DNA of 45,741 nt, from positions 1 to 45,741 of IMG/VR virus record IMGVR_UViG_3300025875_000050; one strand, written 5' to 3'. Under the pieces are notes generated by a model. It had not been told where the DNA came from. It saw nothing but the letters and a program-made list of their open reading frames with translations, and ran no database searches. Numbering within the stretch: position 1 is the first letter of the stretch; every line of letters starts with the position of its first letter. Made by a program: the position numbers and the translations under genes. The stretch comes from a virus (lineage: Duplodnaviria; Caudoviricetes). Positions 35,681-43,839 of this stretch are shown in pieces.

Positions 35681-37252
35681 TCAGACCAGGTAGGCCATCT
35701 CGTCGTCCTCGTCGTCCAGCAGGTCGTCCTGGTCCACGATCTCCAGCGCCCCGCCGGTCAGCAGGGGCTGCAGGACCAGGCGGTTCAGGCCCTGGGACAG
35801 GGCGTCGACCTGGTCGTCGTGCGCGCCGTAGGGGAAGCCGGTGGCCTCGGTCACCAGGCCGGCGACCCAGGGGGCCAGCTTGGCGGTCGGCAGGTGCACG
35901 TTCCCGGCCTCGACCAGCGGGCTGATCGCCCGGGCGCGCGCGACCTTGGAGCCCTGCGGCTCCTCCGGGACGATCCCCGGCACGCTGTGCCGCAGGGCCG
36001 CGATCACCGCCGGGCCGTTCGCCTTGTCCTCCACGAGCTTCAGCAGCGCCTGCGGCCACACCGCGGTCAGGTCCCGGAACTCCCGCACGGTCGCGGGGAA
36101 GTCCCAGCGGCCGCGCACCTGGTCCAGCAGGTAGCAGTCGATCCCGCGGCGCAGCCACACCTGCCCGACGACGTAGTCGGAGGCGTCGGTGTCCTTGAAG
36201 GTCAGGTCCCAGGTCTGCAGCATCTCCACGCCCTCGGTGTCATCCACCCCGGGCACCCACCGCGACCCGTCGGCGCGCTCCACCCACAGCGGCGCGTGGT
36301 AGCGGCGCGGCTGGTCGGGCCCGCCGTCGAAGTCCTCGGCCTTGAAGATGTCGCCGGCCTCGGGGGTGGGGCGCCCCTGGAACAGCGACGCCCACGTCCT
36401 GGCACCGACGGCGACCTTCCGCTGCAGCCACTGCTTCAGGGTCCGACCGCGGGCGGACTCCATGAACTCCCCGGGCTGGCGGCCCAGCGGGTCGGTCTCG
36501 CCCAGCTCGGGCTTGTGGTCGGCCTGGGCGGGGATGTTGACCACGGTCCAGCGGTGGCCGTCCTCGGCGGCCAGCAGCCGGCCCGCCAGGTCGTCCTCGT
36601 GCCACCTGGTCAGGATCAGGATGACCGGGGCGCCGGGCGACAGGCGGGTGGAGGCGACGTCGGTCCACCAGTCCCACGCGGCGTCGCGGTAGACCTTGGA
36701 GTCCGCCTGCGCACGGTCCTTCAGCGGGTCGTCGATCAGCATGACGTCCGCCGGCCGCGACGTGAGGCCACCGCCGATGCCGACCGCGAAGATCCCCCCG
36801 CGGTGCCCGGCGATCTCCCACTCGTGCTGCGCGCTCACGTTCCCGTTGACGCGGATCCCCAGCTGCGGGGAGTGCCCCTCGATCTCGGAGCGGATCAGGC
36901 GGCCCATCCGCCGGGCGACGTCGTGGGCGTAGGAGGCGATCACCACCCGGGTGTCCGGGCGCTTGGCCAGCAGCCACACCGGCGTCCACTTGGTGCAGAC
37001 CGTCGACTTCCCCTCCTGCGGGGGCATGGAGATGATCAGCCGGGAGTCCGGGGTGTTGATCGCCTTCACGATCTGCTCGTTGATCAGGTCGATCGCCGGC
37101 GTCCGGCGGAAGCGCGGGTCCATCTCCGCGGCCAGGTCCGCCGGCGTCGACCACCGCCCAGCGGCGGCCGCGGGACCGGTGAACCTGCCGACCAGGTCAG
37201 CCGCCCACGCGCGCTGGTGGCGCGGGCGGGCCGTCGTCGTCATCGTCGCCAC
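35681..37252 (-). CDS. terL: Terminase large subunit (start 37252 or 37243)
   Basis: Walker A MPPQEGKST, LIDDPLKD, TRWHEDDLAG, TWDLTFK, VEDKANG, HDDQVDA. Confidence 0.97.
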   Translation of the reverse strand: MATMTTTARPRHQRAWAADLVGRFTGPAAAAGRWSTPADLAAEMDPRFRRTPAIDLINEQIVKAINTPDSRLIISMPPQEGKSTVCTKWTPVWLLAKRPDTRVVIASYAHDVARRMGRLIRSEIEGHSPQLGIRVNGNVSAQHEWEIAGHRGGIFAVGIGGGLTSRPADVMLIDDPLKDRAQADSKVYRDAAWDWWTDVASTRLSPGAPVILILTRWHEDDLAGRLLAAEDGHRWTVVNIPAQADHKPELGETDPLGRQPGEFMESARGRTLKQWLQRKVAVGARTWASLFQGRPTPEAGDIFKAEDFDGGPDQPRRYHAPLWVERADGSRWVPGVDDTEGVEMLQTWDLTFKDTDASDYVVGQVWLRRGIDCYLLDQVRGRWDFPATVREFRDLTAVWPQALLKLVEDKANGPAVIAALRHSVPGIVPEEPQGSKVARARAISPLVEAGNVHLPTAKLAPWVAGLVTEATGFPYGAHDDQVDALSQGLNRLVLQPLLTGGALEIVDQDDLLDDEDDEMAYLV

Positions 37253-37274
37253 GAGCACCCCCTGGACGCGCGAA

Positions 37275-37303
37275 GGCGCCCACCAGCAGCTGCTGGGGGC
37301 GCC
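37275..37303 (-). terminator. Terminator-like palindrome in the terL leader
   Basis: GGCGCCC-A-CCAGCAG/CTGCTGG-GGGCGCC, followed by TTCG on the minus strand. Confidence 0.55.
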
Positions 37304-37333
37304 GTGGGTAGACCTCCGGTACGGCCGTGAGTG

Positions 37334-37597
37334 TTACACCCCCGGTAGCGCCCTGTTCACCGCTTCCCACGAACGGCCGGACTCGTCCCGGTCTCGGGCG
37401 GCCTTCTCGGCGGCGTAGATGTCCTGGACGGCGTACAGCGGCCAGCCGCGCGCGTCGCGGCGCCGCTCGACCAGGTGGCCCCGGTTCGCCCACTGGCGGA
37501 TGGTCCCGGGCTTGCGGCGCGCGAGCGCTGCGGCCTGGACGGTGCCCAGCAGCTGCTCGACCGGGACGTCGTCCTCCTCCACGGCCATGGCGCTCAC
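37334..37597 (-). CDS. MerR/Xis-like wHTH protein, candidate late regulator
   Basis: TVQAAALARRKPGTIRQWANRGHL...G.PLY...DI. Confidence 0.85.
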   Translation of the reverse strand: MSAMAVEEDDVPVEQLLGTVQAAALARRKPGTIRQWANRGHLVERRRDARGWPLYAVQDIYAAEKAARDRDESGRSWEAVNRALPGV

Positions 37598-37830
37598 CGG
37601 ACGCCGGCCAGGGCGAGGCCAGCGGACAGGCAGACGGCGATCGCCAGGGTCCCGGCGGCCGTCCGCTTCAGCGGCGGGGGCAGCGGGGGGCCCTCGACCA
37701 GGTCGTGCTCGTCCAGCAGCTGGCGGATCTCGCGGTCCGTGCGGCGGGTGCGGCGGCGGATCTGCCAGGGGTGCCCGCCGTCGACCGCGCGGGCCAGCCA
37801 CCGCTCGGCGCGGGCGATCGTCTCGGTCAC
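37594..37830 (-). CDS. Hypothetical protein with C-terminal TM segment
   Basis: Coupled ORF. Confidence 0.65.
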   Translation of the reverse strand: MTETIARAERWLARAVDGGHPWQIRRRTRRTDREIRQLLDEHDLVEGPPLPPPLKRTAAGTLAIAVCLSAGLALAGVR

Positions 37831-38129
37831 CGGGGGTCCTCGGGCAGGTACTTGGCCGCGATCGCGCGGACGCCGGCGAGCGGGTCGGGGTCGGGCAGGG
37901 AGTAGCGGGGGCCGGTCCTCGGGTCGGTCACGACGACGCGGGGGCCGTCCAGGGACACGGCGGGGGCGGCCTCGGAGGACAGGTGCGCGATCGCCTCCGC
38001 GAGGCGGGCGGCCTGGGGGTGGACGACGTCGGCCAGGAGCGCGGCCTCGGCCTGCTCGGTGGCCAGCTGCTCGGTGGAGACGCGGCGGAGCACGGAGTGG
38101 CGGCGCACGGTGGCCGGGTAGTCGCTCAC
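37827..38129 (-). CDS. Hypothetical protein MSDYPATVRRH...
   Basis: GTGA overlaps. Confidence 0.7.
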   Translation of the reverse strand: MSDYPATVRRHSVLRRVSTEQLATEQAEAALLADVVHPQAARLAEAIAHLSSEAAPAVSLDGPRVVVTDPRTGPRYSLPDPDPLAGVRAIAAKYLPEDPR

Positions 38130-38845
38130 CGGGCGCCGGCCAGGGCGCGCTCGCGGGCGGGCTTGCGGGTGTGGGCGCGCAGGAGGGCGGCCACGATCCG
38201 CTGGTAGTCGGCCTGGGCCCACAGGCCCCGGCAGGTCGCCTGGGTGCACTCCACGACCTCGGAGCCGTCCTCGCGGACCAGGGACAGGCAGTCGCAGCGC
38301 GGGCACGGGGTGGCCATCCGGTGGCGGACGGGCTCCATGCCGGCGAGGCGCTGGACGTGGTCGTGGATCCGCAGGACGTCGCGGCCCAGCTCGGTGGCGA
38401 GGGGCCCGGCGAGCGCGTCGTCTAGGTGGTCGTCCAGGTAGGCGAGCGCCCCGTACAGCGACCGGCGGGGCCCGGTGGTGCGGCCGTCTCGGTCGTCGGC
38501 CAGGGCGGCGATGGTGTCGGCCCACTCCGCGGCCCAGGAGCGCACGGCGTCGACCTCGTCCAGGGCGGGGGAGGGGCTGGCGGGGTGGAGGGCGGCGGGG
38601 CCGCGCACGCCGACGTCGGCGGCCCGGCCCTTGGACAGGGTGCCGTCGCCGGCGCGGGTGGCCAGCGCCAGGTGGTCGGGGATCTGGCGCAGGGCGGCCC
38701 GGACGCCGGCGGCGTGCGGGGCGCACCAGGTCGGCTCGCCGGTGGTCGGGCAGTGCCGGCCGGGGCAGGGCGGGCCGTCAGGGACGGTGGCCGCGGCGGT
38801 GGGCTCGGGCGCGGTGCGGGGCGCGGGGATGCTCACGCACAGCAT
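38126..38845 (-). CDS. Zn-finger protein of the type found before actinophage late genes
   Basis: WC..H...VR.AL, PSP..D.VD...L..W, CPRC...L.R......C...C...W. Confidence 0.75.
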   Translation of the reverse strand: MLCVSIPAPRTAPEPTAAATVPDGPPCPGRHCPTTGEPTWCAPHAAGVRAALRQIPDHLALATRAGDGTLSKGRAADVGVRGPAALHPASPSPALDEVDAVRSWAAEWADTIAALADDRDGRTTGPRRSLYGALAYLDDHLDDALAGPLATELGRDVLRIHDHVQRLAGMEPVRHRMATPCPRCDCLSLVREDGSEVVECTQATCRGLWAQADYQRIVAALLRAHTRKPARERALAGAR

Positions 38846-38881
38846 CGTCGCGCCCCGCCCGGGCGCGTGCGGGTGGTTCGC

Positions 38882-39154
38882 TCAGACCTGCTCGGGCCAG
38901 TGCCAGGTGCCGGGTGCGCGCTGGCCGTCGGGCCGGTCGTCGTGGGCGATGCCGCCCATCTCCAGGGGGTGGAAGAACAGGCCGGAGGGGTTGACCGCGC
39001 ACAGCCCGACCAGCTCGTGGTCGGGGTCGTCGGGGTCGGTCACGGGCGAGGCGACCTCGGTGACGATCGCGGCCCGGCAGGCCGGGGGGAAGCGGCCGTC
39101 CGCGCTGCCGCGGGCGACGTAGTGGACGATCCGGCCGACGCTCGGGGTGGGCAT
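38882..39154 (-). CDS. Conserved actinophage hypothetical protein (PSVGRIVHY...WHWPE), leaderless
   Basis: Recognisable motif; TAGCGT -10 lies 6 nt before the ATG. Confidence 0.85.
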   Translation of the reverse strand: MPTPSVGRIVHYVARGSADGRFPPACRAAIVTEVASPVTDPDDPDHELVGLCAVNPSGLFFHPLEMGGIAHDDRPDGQRAPGTWHWPEQV

Positions 39155-39163
39155 GGGCGGACG

Positions 39164-39490
39164 CTACCGGGGGTGGGCGGAGGGGGCCTGGCCGTCGTGG
39201 CCGGCGCCGTCCGGGCGGCGGCGGGCGTTGCGGAACAGCCACGCGCGACCGGGGTAGCGCGCCGCACCGCACGCGCACCGCTCCATGCCCGCGCTCAGAC
39301 CGACCCACCCGCGGGTCTGCCACCTGCAGCGGTGCCACCGGCGCGGGAGGGGCGCGGACCACCACGGGACGCCGTCGCGGTGCTCCAGCTCCAGGGTCGC
39401 GCGCCGGTCGCGGGCGCTGCGGACCACGATCTGCGCGGCCACCCACTCCTGCTCCGCCGCGCTCGCGGCGCCCAGCCCGTCGCCGCTCAC
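39164..39490 (-). CDS. Hypothetical protein (108 aa)
   Basis: Coupled ORF; HRC...RCACG. Confidence 0.7.
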   Translation of the reverse strand: MSGDGLGAASAAEQEWVAAQIVVRSARDRRATLELEHRDGVPWWSAPLPRRWHRCRWQTRGWVGLSAGMERCACGAARYPGRAWLFRNARRRPDGAGHDGQAPSAHPR

Positions 39491-39897
39491 CAGCGGGCCC
39501 GCTCGCGGTCGTGCTCGGCGTCCTCGCCGTCGGCGTGGCAGTCCTCGTCCAAGGCGAGGCGGTCCGCCTCGTCCAGCTCGTCGGAACGGCGGTGGACGCG
39601 GCCGCGCCAGTGGAAGTGGTAGCCGGCCAGGTCGCAGCCGGCCAACTCGCAGACGTCGCGGGTGACGTGCATGTGCACGCGCGGGTCGGCGCCCCAGCGG
39701 GCGAGGCCGCGGACGACCTCGCGCAGGAACGTGCCGGTGGTGTCGACGTCCCAGGCGATGTGCACCCGGACCGGCAGGGGCACCTGGTGGCGGCCGTACA
39801 TCAGGTCGACCACGCCCTGCTCGAACTCCTCGCGGCCGGCGCGACGCACGGACGCCGGGTGCAGCAGCTGCTGGACGCCGACCTTCTGCCGGGTCAC
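39487..39897 (-). CDS. Hypothetical protein MTRQKVGVQQ...
   Basis: GTGA overlaps. Confidence 0.7.
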   Translation of the reverse strand: MTRQKVGVQQLLHPASVRRAGREEFEQGVVDLMYGRHQVPLPVRVHIAWDVDTTGTFLREVVRGLARWGADPRVHMHVTRDVCELAGCDLAGYHFHWRGRVHRRSDELDEADRLALDEDCHADGEDAEHDRERARW

Positions 39898-40451
39898 GCG
39901 GTCACCCCGGCGCGGCGGGCGATCGCCAGGTCCTCGGCGTCCATCGCGGGCCGGGTGACGCCGGCCTGGCACTCGGAGCAGTCGCAGCCGACGGCGTGGA
40001 CGCGCTGCAGCCGCCGGTCGGGGTGGGCGGCGATCGCCGCCTGGGCCAGCTCCAGGCGTTCGGCGGCGCCGGGTGCCCACCGGGCGCCGACCGCGACGGA
40101 GGCCTGCTCGGTCGTCCAGCCCTCGACGGCCCAGTCCAGGAGCCACCAGGCCAGCAGGCCCGGGCCATCGCTGGAGGCGAGCGCTGCGGCGACGTCGCGC
40201 AGCACGGCATCGCGCAGGGCGCCCTGGGGGTCGGAGGTGAGGACACCGTGCGCGATGACCTCGGCCTCCCACCGCTCGATCTGCGGCGCCGAGTCGGCCA
40301 GCGCTTGGGTCTGCAGGACCGGGCGGGCGGTGCCCACGACCAGCCGGTACGGGCCGCCGGCGAAGTACGCGGCCGCGGTGGCCTCGGCGTGCTCGAGCAC
40401 GGCGGCAGCGGTCGAGCCGGACGCGGTGAAGAAGGCCTGGTGGTCGGTCAT
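39894..40451 (-). CDS. Hypothetical protein MTDHQAFF...
   Basis: GAGGA RBS, ATGA overlap; H..GCDCSEC. Confidence 0.7.
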   Translation of the reverse strand: MTDHQAFFTASGSTAAAVLEHAEATAAAYFAGGPYRLVVGTARPVLQTQALADSAPQIERWEAEVIAHGVLTSDPQGALRDAVLRDVAAALASSDGPGLLAWWLLDWAVEGWTTEQASVAVGARWAPGAAERLELAQAAIAAHPDRRLQRVHAVGCDCSECQAGVTRPAMDAEDLAIARRAGVTA

Positions 40452-40624
40452 CGGGGGTCCTCTCGGGTGAGGCGGGGGGAGGGCAGGCGCCGCCACACGG
40501 CGCCCGGCGGGATCGTCGTGGGCTTGTGCTGGGCGCACCGGTAGGCGTGCTCGGGCAGGAGGACCCCGACGGCGTCGCGGGCACAGGCGCCGAGGCCGCA
40601 CAGGGGCCGGGACGGCGCGGTCAC
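40448..40624 (-). CDS. Small Cys/His hypothetical protein (58 aa)
   Basis: GTGA/ATGA overlaps; C....C...RC..H. Confidence 0.55.
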   Translation of the reverse strand: MTAPSRPLCGLGACARDAVGVLLPEHAYRCAQHKPTTIPPGAVWRRLPSPRLTREDPR

Positions 40625-40998
40625 TGGCCGATCACCGCGGTCCGTACCTCGGTGCGCGCGGGCAGGACGTCGACCTGCAGGACCAGGAGGCCGGCCAGCA
40701 GGTCGGTGTGCTCCTGGGGGGTCAGGTCCACGCGCCAGACGTGCACGCCGTGGCGGTCGGTGCGCTGGTAGCGCGGGGTCAGCTCGTGGCGGGGCCACGC
40801 CGGCCAGTCGTGCCCGCCTCCGTCCGGCCACCGCAGGTGCACGCCCTCGGGCGGAGGGATCAGCGCGCCCTCCACCGGCGCGGGGCGCTGGTCGACCTCG
40901 AGCTGGGGGCGGCCGGTCAGCAGGCGCAGCAGCGACCGCAGCCACGGGTCGCGGCGCGGCAGGTGAGAGGCGGCCAGGGCGTCCTCGGGCAGGCTCAC
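40621..40998 (-). CDS. Hypothetical protein (125 aa)
   Basis: Coupled ORF. Confidence 0.7.
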   Translation of the reverse strand: MSLPEDALAASHLPRRDPWLRSLLRLLTGRPQLEVDQRPAPVEGALIPPPEGVHLRWPDGGGHDWPAWPRHELTPRYQRTDRHGVHVWRVDLTPQEHTDLLAGLLVLQVDVLPARTEVRTAVIGQ

Positions 40999-41745
40999 GG
41001 GCGCTCGCCGCCCTGCTCGCGCAGCAGCCGCTCAGGGACCGCGTCGACCTGGTCGGCCAGCGACGCCGCCAGGTAGGCGTCCTCCCCATGGGCGGGGCAC
41101 CGGCGCTGCCCGCCCTCGGTCATGTCGCACGAGCACTCCGGTGCGTCCACGTCCAGTGCATCGCGCATGTGCGTCAGGACGGCGGATCGGCGGGGCTCGG
41201 GCATCAGGTCAGCCATCAGGAACGGGCAGACGTGGGGCTCGCCGCTGGCGCAGTCCGGGCAGCCCAGCGCCTCCCCACGCAGGTCCCCGCCGGACACCTC
41301 CGGCGCGGCCGCCGCGGTGAGCCGGGCGGCCACCACGGCGACAGCGGCACGGACGCTCACGGCGGCGTCGCGCCGGTAGGCGGCGACTAGCCGGGGGTTC
41401 TCGTGGTCGGTGCGAGCCACGACCTGAGCCCATGACCCGCGGCCGGCCCCGGCGACGTCGGCGTTCCACGCCGCCTCGGCTGCCTCCTCGATCAGCCGCT
41501 CTACCGTGGCGGGGGTCGGCCAGCGCCACCTCGGTGGCGAGCACGCCCAGGGCGACGTCGGCGTGGTGGCTGTACCAGGCACCGCTGCCGACCGGGCCGA
41601 ACGGCAGGACGTCGTGCACGCGCCACGGGCAGGCGCTGCACTCCCAGCCAACGACGGCCAGCCGGCCCTCCCGCTCCTCGGTGAACGAGCGGGCGCGGTG
41701 CTCGGCCAGCGCGGTGGCGATGGCGTCCCGCAGGGCGGCGCTCAT
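40995..41745 (-). pseudogene. Hypothetical gene with a one-base frameshift in the run at 41511-41515
   Basis: Protein-like frame switches from ORF 41209..41745 (…ALADP) to ORF 40995..41651 (ATVERLIEE…). Confidence 0.6.
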
Positions 41746-41927
41746 CCCTGCTTGCCCAGGATCCGGCGCACGCGGGGCCGGCTCACGCGGGTGCGGCGGG
41801 CGATCTCGGTCTCCGGGATCCCCGCCGCGGCGGCGCCCTTCACGGTCTGCTCGAGCGCGGCGAGGGCGTCCGCGAGCTGCTGGCCGACGCGGTCGCAGTC
41901 CTCCGGCGTCGTGGTGGTGGTGGGCAT
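41742..41927 (-). CDS. Small HTH protein (61 aa)
   Basis: GIPETEIARRTRVSRPRVRRIL; GGAGGA RBS. Confidence 0.8.
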   Translation of the reverse strand: MPTTTTTPEDCDRVGQQLADALAALEQTVKGAAAAGIPETEIARRTRVSRPRVRRILGKQG

Positions 41928-41955
41928 CAGCGGGTCCTCCAGGTGGGCGGGCGGG

Positions 41956-42154
41956 TCAGGGGGCGCGGACGCCGGCGGCGTCCAGCGCGCGGGCGACGGC
42001 GGTGGTCGCGCGGTCCAGGGTCCCGGCCCTCGGTCGCCAACCAGTGCGGGTCGTCCTCGTGCTCGGCCTCGGCCATGGCGGACGCGCCGATCAGCGCTCG
42101 GGCCTGCGGGACGGTCAGCAGGACCGCGACGTGCGAGGGGACGGCGGGGCTCAT
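41956..42154 (-). pseudogene. Small gene with a one-base frameshift near 42022-42024
   Basis: MSPAVPSH...WLATEGR continues plausibly as TLDRATTAVARALDAAGVRAP* only if one base is removed. Confidence 0.55.
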
Positions 42155-42633
42155 GTGGATTTCCCGCGGGCGCGCATGACGGTGGTGGCGCCGACGCCCA
42201 GGCGAGCGGCGACCTGCCGGTACGTCAGGCCCTGGTCGTGCAGGCGCTCGATCTCGGCCACGTCCAGCGGGGGGAGGCGGTTCGCCCCGCCGGACCGGGT
42301 CGCGCGGTCGTCGCGCAGCTCGACTCCGGCGCGGCGCAGGTGGCGTCGGACCACCGGTGGCCAGGTGCCGTGGGCGGCGGCGATCTCCGGGACCGTGGCG
42401 CCGGCCCGGTAGGCCGCGACCCACTGCGGATTGGGGGTCAAGGGCTGCCCGCCGCGACTGCGGGTGCTGGTGCGGCGGGGCCGGGGCCGGGGCGCAGGCG
42501 CGGGGGCCGGGGTGGCGCTGGCGCACCACCCGGACGTGCGGTGCCAGGCGAACAGGTCGACGTCGTCGGCGTCGAAGCCGCACGACGGGCACGCGCCGGC
42601 GGGTGTGGTCTCGGTGTCCACGACGGTGCTCAC
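42151..42633 (-). CDS. Zn-motif plus double-HTH protein
   Basis: CPSC; AYRAGATVPEIAAAHG...VRRHL; GLTYRQVAARLGVGATTVMR. Confidence 0.8.
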   Translation of the reverse strand: MSTVVDTETTPAGACPSCGFDADDVDLFAWHRTSGWCASATPAPAPAPRPRPRRTSTRSRGGQPLTPNPQWVAAYRAGATVPEIAAAHGTWPPVVRRHLRRAGVELRDDRATRSGGANRLPPLDVAEIERLHDQGLTYRQVAARLGVGATTVMRARGKST

Positions 42634-43103
42634 GAGCGCGCGGCGAGCACCGGGGCGACGTAGACGCCGGTCGAGCGCAGGACCAGCGTGGTGCCGGTCT
42701 CCAGGGCGACGTCGGCGCCGTGGATCTCGCAGCCGGCGGCGCAGCCCAGGGTCCCGAACAGGGCGCCGGGGACCAGGGTCAGCGGGTGGCCGTGCTCGCC
42801 GCACAGGGCGGGGGTCTCGTCGGCGGCCGCGGCGGGCAGCACCAGCTCGACCTCGTCGTCGGCGGCGAGCGCGGCCAGGCTCTCGTGCTGGTCGCGGGCG
42901 TCGCGCTCGGCGTCCAGCGCGGTCTCGGCCTCGTCGGTGAGGAGCAGCCACGGGCCCTGGTCGGTCCAGCGGCGGGCCACGCGGGCGTCCAGGAGGGCCA
43001 GGACGGTGGGGGCGTCGACCTCGGCCGCGGTGAGCGGGACGGGGCGGCCGTAGCGGGTCAGGTCGGCCAGGCGGGTGGCCAGCGGGGTGGTGGTGCGGTC
43101 CAT
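42630..43103 (-). CDS. Hypothetical protein (157 aa)
   Basis: AGGAG RBS; first gene after the 43.17 kb promoter. Confidence 0.75.
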   Translation of the reverse strand: MDRTTTPLATRLADLTRYGRPVPLTAAEVDAPTVLALLDARVARRWTDQGPWLLLTDEAETALDAERDARDQHESLAALAADDEVELVLPAAAADETPALCGEHGHPLTLVPGALFGTLGCAAGCEIHGADVALETGTTLVLRSTGVYVAPVLAARS

Positions 43104-43154
43104 CGGGTGCTCCTGGGGGATGTCTCGCGGTGCGGTCCCAGTCCTGATCGGCTG

Positions 43155-43211
43155 GTGTCACGAACAGTACAGCACTTGTGTCACGTTCGCTACAGGGTCA
43201 CCCGCTCGGCG
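43155..43211 (-). promoter_or_regulatory. Primary-sigma-type promoter with CGTGACAC direct repeats
   Basis: -10 TACTGT at 43164-43169; GTGTCACG at 43155 and 43178; CACCCGCTCGGCG at 43199; AT-richer gap. Confidence 0.7.
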
Positions 43212-43281
43212 CGGCGCGCTACCGTCCGCACCGCGGGCCCGGCGGCCCGGAGTGGAGGCCAGGCCGGCGGCGCTCGACCAC

Positions 43282-43440
43282 CTACAGGCCGGACACCTGC
43301 ACCGCGGCGCCGCCGCCGGTGGGCACGCGCTGCCCGCACGCCGCGCAGTCCGCCCACCCGGTGGGCACGCCCAGGCGCAGCACCGGCACCAGCTCCCCGC
43401 GTGGATGCACGCAGTCCGCGGCGCGGCCGCCCTCGCTCAC
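43282..43440 (-). CDS. Small Zn-finger-like protein (52 aa, MSEGGRAADCVH...CAACG)
   Basis: Manually translated; GTGA overlap. Confidence 0.55.
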   Translation of the reverse strand: MSEGGRAADCVHPRGELVPVLRLGVPTGWADCAACGQRVPTGGGAAVQVSGL

Positions 43441-43580
43441 GGGCGCAGGCCGTGCAGGACGGCGCCGTGCTCGAGCAGCCCGGCGAGCAGGCGGCAGCAG
43501 CGCGGGTCGCCGGCGAGCGCACCGGGGAGCACGACGGCGTGGGCGGCCTCGAGCGCGGCCAGCGCTTCCTCGCGCCTCAC
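43437..43580 (-). CDS. Small hypothetical protein MRREEALAALE...
   Basis: GTGA overlaps. Confidence 0.55.
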   Translation of the reverse strand: MRREEALAALEAAHAVVLPGALAGDPRCCRLLAGLLEHGAVLHGLRP

Positions 43581-43813
43581 GGCGTCGACACCTGCACCAG
43601 CGGCGTGCGGCAGTACTCGCACTGGTACGGGCCGCCGGCGGCCAGCACCCCGACGGCGACGTACTCCAGGCGGACCTCGCGGTGCCACCCGTGGGTCGCG
43701 CAGTCCTCGTTCGGGCAGGCCAGGACGATCAGGGGCAGGGGCCTGGGTGGGGCGGGCCAGTCCATGGTCCGCAGGGGCTGGTCGTCGGGGCGGGGCGTGG
43801 TGGTCTCGGGCAC
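43577..43813 (-). CDS. Small Zn-ribbon protein (start 43813 or 43843)
   Basis: CPNEDC...CEYC; GGAGGA RBS before GTG 43813. Confidence 0.7.
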   Translation of the reverse strand: MPETTTPRPDDQPLRTMDWPAPPRPLPLIVLACPNEDCATHGWHREVRLEYVAVGVLAAGGPYQCEYCRTPLVQVSTP

Positions 43814-43839
43814 GGGTCCTCCAGGTGCGTGGTGGGTGG

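Noticed and set aside
43155-43185. GACAC as WhiA/WhiB binding sites (also 5578 and 13024)
   Set aside because: A 5-mer is too common, and these copies are better explained as parts of longer phage-specific repeats
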